The notes under the pieces were generated by a model. It had not been told where the DNA came from and made no database searches. It saw nothing but the letters and a program-made list of their open reading frames with translations. Shown piece by piece: positions 25,609 to 37,379 of a stretch of 64,000 nucleotides of DNA. Source of the stretch: Neoechinorhynchus agilis (lineage: Eukaryota; Animalia; Acanthocephala); the NCBI GenBank assembly GCA_051530055.1, contig CM121343.1, forward strand, positions 3,070,389 through 3,134,388. The letters are read 5' to 3'. Both the position numbers and the translations under genes were made by a program. Every line of letters starts with the position of its first letter. The stretch's first letter is position 1.

Positions 25609-28600
25609 TAAAGATGTTCACCATTTTAACTTTTTTATAGCGAATTATCAAATGATTGATTCATTTTTGATAGTTCTCGGCCTTCGCGTAGGCCTTTTTC
25701 AGACTATCTAAAATGGAAGCACTCGATTTCGTTTATCCGGTGGTATCCGCAGATTGAGCGTTCATCATTTTAACTTTTTATAGCGAATTCTAATAATTGA
25801 TTGATTTGATAATCTTCGGCCTTCTTCAGTCTATCTAAAATGGAAGCACTCGATTTCGTTTATCCGGTGGTATCTGCCCATTGAGCGTTCATCATTTTAA
25901 CTTTTTTATAGCGAATTCTAATAATTGATTGATTTGATAATCTTCGGCCTTCTTCAGTCTATCTAAAATGGAAGCACTCGATTTCGTTTATCCGGTGGTA
26001 TCCGCACATTGAGCGTTCATCATTTTAACTTTTTTATAGCGAATTCTAATAATTGATTGATTTGATAATTTTAGGCCTTCGCGTAGGCCTTCTTCAGTCT
26101 ATCTAAAATGGAAGCACTCAATTTCGTTTATCCGGTGGTATCCGCCGATTGAGCGTTCATCATTTTAACTTTTTTATAGCGAATTCTAATAATTGATTGA
26201 TTTGATAATCTTCGGCCTTCTTCAGTCTATCTAAAATGGAAGCACTCGATTTCGTTTATCCGGTGGTATCCGCAGATTGAGCGTTCATCATTTTAACTTT
26301 TTTATAGCGAATTCTAATAATTGATTGATTTGATAATCTTCGGCCTTCTTCAGTCTATCTAAAATGGAAGCACTCGATTTCGTTTATCCGGTGGTATCCG
26401 CAGATTGAGCGTTCATCATTTTAACTTTTTTATAGCGAATTCTAATAATTGATTTATTTGATAATTTTAGCCTTCGGGCCTTCGTGGCCTTTTCAGTCTA
26501 TCTAAAATGGAAGCACTCGATTTCGTTTATCCGGTGGTATCCGCCCATTGAGCGTTCATCATTTTAACTTTTTATAGCGAATTCTAATAATTGATTGATT
26601 TGATAATCTTCGGCCTTCTTCAGTCTATCTAAAATGGAAGCACTCGATTTCGTTTATCCGGTGGTATCCGCACATTGAGCGTTCATCATTTTAACTTTTT
26701 TATAGCGAATTCTAATAATTGATTTATTTGATAATTTTAGGGCCTTCGCGTAGGCCTTTTTCAGTCTATCTAAAATGGAAGCACTCAATTTCGTTTATCC
26801 GGTGGTATCTGCCCATTGAGCGTTCATCATTTTAACTTTTATAGCGAATTCTAATAATTGATTGATTTGATAATCTTCGGCCTTCTTCAGTCTATCTAAA
26901 ATGGAAGCACTCGATTTCGTTTATCCGGTGGTATCCGCACATTGAGCGTTCATCATTTTAACTTTTATAGCGAATTCTAATAATTGATTGATTTGATAAT
27001 CTTCGGCCTTTTTCAGTCTATCTAAAATGGAAGCACTCGATTTCGTTTATCCGGTGGTATCCGCAGATTGAGCGTTCATCATTTTAACTTTTTATAGCGA
27101 ATTCTAATAATTGATTGATTTGATAATCTTCGGCCTTCTTCAGTCTATCTAAAATGGAAGCACTCGATTTCGTTTATCCGGTGGTATCCGCACATTGAGC
27201 GTTCATCATTTTAACTTTTTTTATAGCGAATTCTAATAATTGATTGATTTGATAATTTTAGGCCTTCGAGTAGGCCTTGTTCAGTCTATCTAAAATGGAA
27301 GCACTCAATTTCGTTTATCCGGTGGTATCCGCAGATTGAGCGTTCATCATTTTAACTTTTTTATAGCGAATTCTAATAATTGATTTGATAATCTTCGGCT
27401 TTCTTCAGTCTATCTAAAATGGAAGCACTCGATTTCGTTTATCCGGTGGTATCCGCAGATTGAGCGTTCATCATTTTAACCTTTTTTATAGCGAATTCTA
27501 ATAATTGATTGATTTGATAATTTTAGGCCTTCGGTAGGCCTTCTTCAGTCTATCTAAAATGGAAGCACTCAATTTCGTTTATCCGGTGGTATCCGCAGAT
27601 TGAGCGTTCATCATTTTAACTTTTTTATAGCGAATTCTAATAATTGATTTGATAATCTTCGGCCTTCTTCAGTCTATCTAAAATGGAAGCACTCGATTTC
27701 GTTTATCCGGTGGTATCCGCAGGTTGAGCGTTCATCATTTTAACCTTTTTTATAGCGAATTCTAATAATTGATTGATTTGATAATCTTCGGCCTTCTTCA
27801 GTCTATCTAAAATGGAAGCACTGATTTCGTTTATCCGGTGGTATCCGCAGGTTGAGCGTTCATCATTTTAACTTTTTTATAGCGAATTCTAATAATTGAT
27901 TGATTTGATAATCTTCGGCCTTCTTCAGTCTATCTAAAATGGAAGCACTCGATTTCGTTTATCCGGTGGTATCCGCAGGTTGAGCGTTCATCATTTTAAC
28001 TTTTTTATAGCGAATTCTAATAATTGATTTATTTGATAATTTTCGGCCTTCGCGTAGGCCTTTTTCAGTCTATCTAAAATGGAAGCACTCGATTTCGTTT
28101 ATCCGGTGGTATCTGCCCATTGAGCGTTCATCATTTTAACTTTTTATAGCGAATTCTAATAATTGATTTGATAATTTTAGGCCCTCGCGTAGGCCTTCTT
28201 CAGTCTATCTAAAATGGAAGCACTCAATTTCGTTTATCCGGTGGTATCCGCCGATTGAGCGTTCATCATTTTAACTTTTTTATAGCGAATTCTAATAATT
28301 GATTGATTTGATAATCTTCGGCCTTCTTCAGTCTATCTAAAATGGAAGCACTCGATTTCGTTTATCCGGTGGTATCCGCACATTGAGCGTTCATCATTTT
28401 AACTTTTTTATAGCGAATTCTAATAATTGATTGATTTGATAATCTTCGGCCTTCTTCAGTCTATCTAAAATGGAAGCACTCGATTTCGTTTATCCGGTGG
28501 TATCCGCAGATTGAGCGTTCATCATTTTAACTTTTTTATAGCGAATTCTAATAATTGATTGATTTGATAATCTTCGGCCTTCTTCAGTCTATCTAAAATG

Positions 28601-29697
28601 GAAGCACTCGATTTCGTTTATCCGGTGGTATCCGCACATTGAGCGTTCATCATTTTAACTTTTTTATAGCGAATTCTAATAATTGATTGATTTGATAATT
28701 TTAGGCCTTCGGTAGGCCTTCTTCAGTCTATCTAAAATGGAAGCACTCAATTTCGTTTATCCGGTGGTATCCGCAGATTGAGCGTTCATCATTTTAACTT
28801 TTTTATAGCGAATTCTAATAATTGATTTGATAATCTTCGGCCTTCTTCAGTCTATCTAAAATGGAAGCACTCGATTTCGTTTATCCGGTGGTATCCGCCC
28901 ATTGAGCGTTCATCATTTTAACTTTTTTATAGCGAATTCTAATAATTGATTGATTTGATAATCTTTTCTTCAGTCTATCTAAAATGGAAGCACTCGATTT
29001 CGTTTATCCGGTGGTATCCGCACATTGAGCGTTCATCATTTTAACTTTTTTATAGCGAATTCTAATAATTGATTGATTTGATAATTTTAGGCCTTCGGTA
29101 GGCCTTCTTCAGTCTATCTAAAATGGAAGCACTCAATTTCGTTTATCCGGTGGTATCCGCAGATTGAGCGTTCATCATTTTAACTTTTTTATAGCGAATT
29201 CTAATAATTGATATGATAATCTTCGGCCTTCTTCAGTCTATCTAAAATGGAAGCACTCGATTTCGTTTATCCGGTGGTATCCGCAGATTGAGCGTTCATC
29301 ATTTTAACTTTTTTTATAGCGAATTCTAATAATTGATTGATTTGATAATTTTAGGCCTTCGCGTAGGCCTTCTTCAGTCTATCTAAAATGGAAGCACTCA
29401 ATTTCGTTTATCCGGTGGTATCCGCAGGTTGAGCGTTCATCATTTTAACTTTTTTATAGCGAATTCTAATAATTGATTTGATAATCTTCGGCCTTCTTCA
29501 GTCTATCTAAAATGGAAGCACTCAATTTCGTTTATCCGGTGGTATCCGCAGATTGAGCGTTCATCATTTTAACTTTTTTATAGCGAATTCTCATAATTGA
29601 TTGATTTGATAATTTTAGGCCTTCGCATGGGCCTTCTTCAGTTTATCTAAAATGGAAGCACTCAATTTCGTTTATCCGGTAGTATCCGCAGATTGAG
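25609..29697. repeat. Tandem satellite array, ~31 units of 128 bp (short) or ~140 bp (long)
   Basis: Period measured at 26161, 26289 and 26417 is 128 bp. The long variant carries tttaggccttcgcgtaggcc in place of cttcggcc. Confidence 0.98.
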
Positions 29698-29698
29698 T

Positions 29699-29755
29699 GA
29701 AGGCCGAAAATTATGAAATAAATAAATCATTTATTATAATTCGCTATAAAAAGTT
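29699..29755 (-). repeat. Inverted partial satellite unit closing the array
   Basis: gaaggccgaaaattatgaaataaataaatcatttattataattcgctataaaaagtt approximates the reverse complement of aactttttatagcgaatt...ataattttcggccttc. Confidence 0.85.
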
Positions 29756-30683
29756 CAGGGATTGTATATCCGCCCGCGTACCTCTTAGATGACTGACAAA
29801 GCCTCGCGAAGTATCTCAAAATATTCTCCTCCAACCCTATCATCCGGAAGGATTTTCTATTGATGATTAAAATTTACTGCTCATTTCTCTTTCGGGTGGC
29901 ACACAAAAGCCTTATTATTGTTTACATCTGAATCCTGTGATACAAATCTTCTTAAGCTTTTATAAACAACTTTTTGTAACGATTTGATCTTTGCCAATCA
30001 GTACCCAAAGCAGGTTGGAAACTTCTTTTACTGGGCATTGGAAACTTAAAAGCGAAAAAGGGAACTTTATCTTTTTTAAGATTCAAGGATGCGCCGGGAT
30101 CATTTTACATATATATATAAAGGGAAAATATTCTTAAAGGGTTATGTTTTATAATATGCGAGAACTTGTGATAGAATTCGGCAGCACTACAATCGTTAGG
30201 GAATAATAAAACATTTTACTATTGAACAAAGAAGATGAACCATTTACCCTGTTTCCTCGTAAACACACTATCGAACCAAATGATAGGTTCCTTGGATGTG
30301 GTTGCTTTATTTTGGAGTGGATTATAGGTCCAGTCGGGCGTGAAAGTTGGTGGATATTGGAGTAGGAGAGTTTGAGCACAGCAACACGCTGATGTTTCAG
30401 TATAAAAGATGCGCGAGTATTGGAATCAGTCTAAAAGGTTCCGATTAAAAAATGATCCTCATAATTTGACAACCGCTTTTATTCGCGTTCAAATCGTTAA
30501 AGAAATAAATTTTCAACCGTCATTCAAAACAAAGACCCGTGTGTGTTTGTTTTTGTTAATCGTCAATTTACGAACCACTTACAATCCGTCTCGCTTTTCT
30601 CTGCACACATGAATACGGTCGTAAGCGTATTTGAAGGGAATTATTTAATCCTTGTACTTTATTGCACTACCGCCAGAAACGGA

Positions 30684-33600
30684 TCATGCCCGCCTTCCAT
30701 ACCTCATCATGTTTCTACCGAATCTACAATCGGCCAGTTCATCGATGATGGCGCAAATGCTTGAAGCACGTTCCCTTAGTCTATTCAAATCGACTTCAAG
30801 GTGATGGTAATGCCGTTCCATTTCTGGCTGTGCGATCAACATTCTGAACAAATCGAATTCATCCTTCAGATCCTTACTTCTTATTGGTTCCTTCTGTCTC
30901 CAACAAAGATTTTCTACATACTCAAAATCGAATCTTCGTGTCCGCATCACCGTACACAAACAAGGTAACAAATCGACCCTAGCAGTCTGAAACACCCGGA
31001 GCGCATCTTCTTCTGTCTTAGTCCTGCTCAATGCTCCTTCTAGCTGGTTCTTTAACATCGTCAATATCGATAAAAAGAGATTTTCGACAACATCACTCTC
31101 CAATCCAGCGCTGGTGCTATTTGATTCACTCACAAGTCTCGAATTTACCTGCCTGACGGTGCACAGGAAGTGTAGGGCGTCTGAATATCGATGATTTCTA
31201 ATACTTTCTCCAGCATGGACCAATCCAGCGACGACACTGAGAAAACGCTTGTACTTTAGAAGTGCGCTCTGATATTTACGGTACATGATTGGTGTTTGCA
31301 TTATTCGTCTAAAGGCTACTTCGGCCTTAAGTTGCAAAAACGAAAATCCGGGTTTAGCTCTTTGGAATGATATAGATGTCTTTAGGACATCTAAGATCGC
31401 GATTCGTTTCATTTCGCTCGGCATGTCGTTCATGTCAAAGTACAGTAACATATTCCATATACGATCGTCACAACCGTATGGATGATTAGTAAAAGCATCC
31501 ACATGCTCATTGATTTCACAAAGCGCAGATTCTAAAAATTCATCGAGACAAGTGTCCATATCGTCCACAGTAATGACCGAACAATCTACAAGCGGTTTTA
31601 TAATCGCCATCAGGTTAGACATCATATACGGGAGACCGGTGATATTCTGCAAAATTTCCAATTCTCTAATCATTGGATCGTTTTTAAGCAATTCACATTC
31701 GGCAAGCATTTCAAGTACTCCTTCAGTGAACGGATTTTTGGCGTTGTCATCATCGCTCAAACTAATACATTCTATCGCTTTCGATAGTTTTGTGGCAATT
31801 TCGTCATCGTCTATTGCATTCTCACGAACGTAAATCAGCAAATAGGCACAGGGAATCAATTCGGAAAGTCCGTTGTCCACTCCTATCCCGTAATTTCCAA
31901 GTATCAAAGGTTTATCCTAATTTAGCTAAACACCACGAAAAAATATATAACTTTTATCTACCAAAAAACTGCATGATTATCTGGAAATTGCGGTTTCGCT
32001 GTTCTTACGAACTTCACTGTACTCGACGGGGGTAACTAAATTTAAGATTTGCTTGGAAAACATTTGAAAATCACACATACTTTCAGCATCGTTACATTTG
32101 TACCAAACGTTTGATTTCTGATCGAGCACATAAGTCCAATAATGGCCGCGAGTGGATACGCCACGATGAACGCAAATTGCTTGAAGTTTGTATGGATGCT
32201 AAGTTGGGCTTTAATTGGATCAGATTCTTTTACGCAATAAAAACCTTTCGTAATTGAGATGTATCGTATAACAACTGCTTCTTGGCGATTGCTTGGCGTA
32301 CTTCAAGAGCAACTTCTAAATTATTGGTAATTTTAGTCACAATAAACAACTTTAATAACAACAACAACAACAAACCGTCGTGTCGAGTTTGAAACCATTT
32401 AATCATTTCACGTATGTAATTGCGCGCTAAGTGTATCCGTTCCACGAATTCATTATCTCTGAAAGATCAGAATTAGAACGAATCACAGGCGGGGTGGGGG
32501 AAATCGTGATGATAAAAACCTTGTTTCAGCCGCTTCTACAATTTTGCGAGCTTCATCAATAGTACTGTTAACGTGTACCAGAGCTCTGACGGAGCTCAAC
32601 TTTGATTGTCCAACTTGAAGTTGATTAAAAGTGTCAAATTTTTTTGTCAGTGCATTAAGTTGCTTTACGAATTGTAGTTCTTTTACTCGTCTCCATTTAC
32701 AACGATCCCTGTTATCCACTAGGTATCGGTCAATGAACAATGTCTCCGGGAACACGAGTTGATCACAGATCTTTACAATCTGCTTGGTCTCGCTGGAAAA
32801 TCGATAACGACTCAAGCAAATGAACACTATATCCGGGATGTCACAGATCCATCGCTCAAAATGAGCATTATCGCAGCTATCGAGCTCATTAGGAAACTCA
32901 AACCATAGACGAAACAAAGCATCGTACAGTTCATTGCTGTTGCAAATGGGTACATTAACTTCGCGGAAGACCTCAACCCCATTAAGAACACCTTTAATGT
33001 GAGTACAAAGTCATGTTGAGAATATTCTATAGGCAAACTTACCATCTCGTATGGATTGGAATTTACCGTATATACATTTCATAAATACTTCTTTAAGATT
33101 CGCCAAGCGTTTTACTACATTAGCGTCTTTCAAATGCTTGATTAAACAATCAATAGCATCTTCGATTCGATCCACTAAGTGATTGATAGCTTCACTGGCA
33201 TCTTCCTGTGAGAAATCAGATCTCTCGAAAGTGCTCATACTTCTAAACTCATCCAGCGCTTCAATGGGACGTGCCAAATCCTGACTTGGATCTTGCATTG
33301 TCATAAAAAGCTTTCGTAATTTGATTAAGAATTTCACACTAGCTCGTTCCCTATCATTTAAGTGAAGATCGGCAATTTGTTTTAGTGGAAGTGAGAGCTC
33401 CAAAAAGAACTTCCGTACGTGAGGTATAGAAAAGAGCGATTGTATAATTGAATTGAACCAACACGTATTGCCAAGATTTTTCATGCCCATCGGCTGTTTT
33501 CTACGAAACATTGCCGGATTCAGCTCAAATGCAAGCCGGATTTCCTCGATTTGATGAATTATTGATCTGATCATATAAAAAACCTTAGAGATGATCATGA

Positions 33601-34049
33601 ACGTCCACTTACTAATACGTACGTTTTTATGTAAGAAATAAAATAGACAGGTTCATCGAACCCACACTTTATCAACAAATCGGATGTAACCGCTGCGCCA
33701 TCATCGTCTTGCATTGACCGGCGAACAGTTTGCATTTGTCCATTTATCATCTTCGATTGAATGTTCTTCCGTATCTGCATAACCACTTGGTTTTGGGCGC
33801 AAAGCCGAAAAAAAATCGGTACAGACGTTTTCAGGCTCAATTGTGGATTCCTCGTTAGTTGTCTTTAACGATTGCGATGGAGGCATTGCATCCGAAGTGG
33901 CTAAAACGGGCAAAAGGAAAAATTTCTTAAATTCTTCCGATTATTGCATACGTCATCATACCCAAAGAACTGGTTTGAGAAAGTTCAGAGCGTATTTCAT
34001 TCGAGCTGGATTCACTGGAACTACTACATTTGGATTGTGTACGTTCCAT
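30684..34049 (-). CDS. USP25: Ubiquitin-specific protease of the USP25/USP28 family (multi-exon)
   Basis: Cys box QPMGMKNLGNTCWFNSIIQSLF; SQEDASE; ICLSRYRF...FPETLFIDRYL; His box YKLQAICVHRGVSTRGHYWTYVLD...WYKCND; C-terminal USP25/28-type helical region. Probable start MERTQSKCSSSS at 34049. Confidence 0.88.
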
Positions 34050-34374
34050 TCGCGGTTAAAAGGTATCTGAAGTAAAAGAAAAAACGGATCTGTATTCGTC
34101 CTCGTGAAGAAATGTCCATCAATATTCAACAACCACAAAAAAACGGGATTAAAATTAAATGCGGAAACAAAAACCAGCGGACAATTCCTTAACGCATGCC
34201 CACGCGAATAAGTGTGACGATTATTGCGCGTGTCGGTTTTATCACACTTTTGAATTTAAATCCGGAAGAAATAGAAAACATTTTAAATGATAACTACGCG
34301 CGCGCTTATTATTTGCGTGGATGTACACAATATGGAGTAGTTGGTGGTGGTGGGCGGCGGCGGTGGCGGCGGTT

Positions 34375-36753
34375 TTAAAGTCGCGATTCCGTCGAAGTCG
34401 TATCCGTAATGCGTTGAGTTTGGTCATGAGTTTGTGGATGAACTGTCGGCAGTCGAGGAGGTATGAATCCCAATCGAGCCAGATAAAGCATCCTCTTTTT
34501 TGTTATCAATTGTTTGTATTCAGCAACAACTATTTGAACTTTTTTCATCGTCGCATACAAGCACTGTGACTTACGTTGATTCGATCGAAAGTTCTCGGTG
34601 GTTCCAATATCGCAAGTACGTTTTAAGAATCGATAAAGCTCGCGGACTGTTTCAAGCTGCACATTTTAATGCAATTAGGCTAAAAATCATTCAATGCTCA
34701 CTCTGTGTCTTGCAAGTGAGCTGATGAACAGCAAGCTCACTTCTTCTTTAACCGAATTATCCGTACTTTTATAATAATCATCTACCTTTTTCCCACAAAT
34801 TTAAATGCACGCTTCTTATTTGGAAATTTAATCATCGCATTTTCTAAACTAAAATACTAATAGTGAAGAAAATTTGACTCGTTCTTTTTTTAAGTGATAA
34901 AAATATTCTGCAAACTTAAGGTGGCCCCTGGCGACAATTAGTGATTAATACAAAAGTTCTTCTTAATTGTAAGATCATTGATTGACAAAGACAAAGTAAC
35001 CGCTCGTTCGTTGGGTATCGGTTCAGGTAGTTTTAATCGATATTCAACTGTTTTTACTTCAGGTAATAAGGCACATCGTCTAAAACTATTTCGTTATCGA
35101 CGGCCACTGTTGACGGTGATCTCATTAACTCACGGATGTAATGCTGCTTCATTGGACAAATTATCGAATGAAGCGTCTCTATTATTGATAGTGTTCATTT
35201 TTTCGATTCGTACATTATCGGACATAAAAAGTTCAAAGATTTTGTCAGTCATGGTAAACGCTGGGAAATTTAAAGAGGGGATCATATCCCAGTCTTTTAC
35301 GGATTGATAAAACGGATGTGTCCGATCGAATTTTCCCAGCTTTGTCCATTCTTCAAACTGACGATACAAATAAGGGTCAACCTTTCATATATAGATTAAA
35401 ATTTTCAAGAGATTAAATTTCAAAAAATCTAACCAGTATAATTTGTTGGTTGCCGCTGCTGGTGGTAGAGGAGGTACGTTCATTGGGTGGAGGTGATTTC
35501 TTTCTAAAATTCTTTTTAAACACTGAAAATATTGATTTGCCACCGTCTGTGAAACTTTTTGTACCAATTGAATCTCTTGATGTGATTAGAGATTCCGTTG
35601 AATGATTGAACGATCTAGTTGACGACGACCGTAGCTCTACTTGGTTGATCGTTGATGTATTGTTGTCACTGTGCTTGAATTCCTCTAGCTGGATGGAAGA
35701 TGTTTTAAAACAAATCACGTTGTTTCTTTATGGTGGAAAATTTGAAGTAATTTATTGAATCCGATATTTCGGAGAGTTTCACACAATGATGAATGCTTGT
35801 GTAAAACTTGCTAATAATCTCATTTTGCCTGGCCACCAAATACCTACTCCGTGCAAGACGATTGGACGTGCGTAATTACGGTGCCCAATTACATCAAAGT
35901 ATAATCCAAACTAGTTGCAGTACTGATTTTTTTGTCTAATCATATTCCTCGAATGAGATTTCACAAAATGCCAGTAAAATAATTTTTTTAATAAAATCCA
36001 AATCTAAGAAGAGATTATTTAAAAAATATGCTATACGTTCACAAATAATTAGTCAGTCTAATACAAGCTTTAAAAACGGAATTCTTAGGCTATTTCTGGT
36101 CTAGATGTCGATATGTGAGAGGAGGTTTGTTTATGTCTTTTTTTCGATTAAAAACGTTCTGCGAACCTCACCGTGGGTTCATCATGACTTTGTTAACGAA
36201 CAAAATTAATTTAAACAATAATTCCTCGCCAGAAATTCTGCTGTGCTTTCTTCACTTCTCATTGGTACACAAAATCAGCCAATAGAGTGATATCCTTTTT
36301 TGTCTCGAAATATCGAATTCGATGAATTACTTCAATAAACAAATCACATTAAAATCATACCTGCTTTTCTAGCCTTCTACATTTATCGATTGCTACAGCC
36401 GCTTCTGATTTCGCTACGTCGACCATTTTATAAGCCTCCTGAATGGACATGGTGTGCGAATAAAGTATGAGCAAATGAACCGTGAATAAATTGGAGGTTA
36501 GTTCTTCAATTTCCGAGCCAACATTGCTTTGAAATGACTTCATCTCCAAAAGTTGTTTATCGCGATCCTCTAACTCCTGTACTAAGAAGCGATTGTGTAC
36601 CTTCCGATGAATGTGGCCTACTTTTCTGAGCTTTTGGACAATCTCTTCCAATTCTGCTTCACCGTCAGAGTTTGAAACATGCTCTGAGCCTTCCGTTTGA
36701 TTATCAATACTTTGATCCATGGAAGATAATGGTGGCATCGTCCGCTGTTTCAT
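34375..36753 (-). CDS. RAB3IP: Rab8 GEF Rab3IP/Rabin8 (Sec2 family), multi-exon
   Basis: Sec2 coiled coil SEIEELTSNLF...EAYKMV; YRQFEEW...FDRTHPFYQSVKDWDMIPSLNF; RCALLPEVKTVEYRLKL; last exon VRELYRFL...KRMLYLARLGFI (cf. EMSLAKLGYF). Confidence 0.85.
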
Positions 36754-36941
36754 ATCTAACAAAATAAAATGCACTGTTTCTCCCTCGGGCGCACTGTACT
36801 CGCTCGCGCGGCACTTGAAATGCAAGTACACGCGCGCACGCACTTTAGGATAACGTCACGTTTGGCGACGCATCACTTATCAGCGGTAAAGTGCGCTACG
36901 GTTCATTTGGGACTTGTGTTCATCGCTCATCCCCGATTCGA

Positions 36942-36949
36942 TGACGTCA
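36942..36949. promoter_or_regulatory. CRE-like palindrome TGACGTCA in the CpG-rich region upstream of Rab3IP
   Basis: Exact TGACGTCA about 190 nt upstream of the ATG. It could occur by chance. Confidence 0.3.
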
Positions 36950-37379
36950 TTGGTCGCTCTTGGGTCAATGAGACCGACCCATTCCTGCGGCTTCGTCTAA
37001 TGGTTAACGATTAAAAAATGTCCGTGTGAGCGACACAAATACACTGAAAGGAACAATGCACAACTTTATACAAACGACGCTTCAAATCGTGGCAAACATA
37101 CTTACACAATGGGAAAAAGGTTCAACAAACGGCGGAGGCGTAGGCGAATTCTATGAGTTGCGTGCGTGCATGCATACGTGCGCGTTTGAATGCACCTTTT
37201 TTTTAGGCGTGCATGGCCGCTTTCGCTGGTCTTACAAAATCACGGCAACAAATTTCTAAATCGAGGTAATCTCATAAGACTCAGTTCAGCGTGTCAGATC
37301 CGTAATCTTGTTTTTATCTCAACAAGTGACTTCAATCTCCTATTCAGAACTCAAGAAAATAAGACCTCCTTAAGGAATA

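Noticed and set aside
25609-29697. CRISPR array or tandem SL/5S RNA genes
   Set aside because: Units are near-identical over their whole length with no unique spacers, the context is eukaryotic, and I found no convincing donor plus Sm site or 5S boxes.
34242-34427. Polyproline/poly-Ala ORFs just after the Rab3IP stop
   Set aside because: A GCC/ACC microsatellite in the probable 3' UTR, with stops close by and no splice route into either gene.
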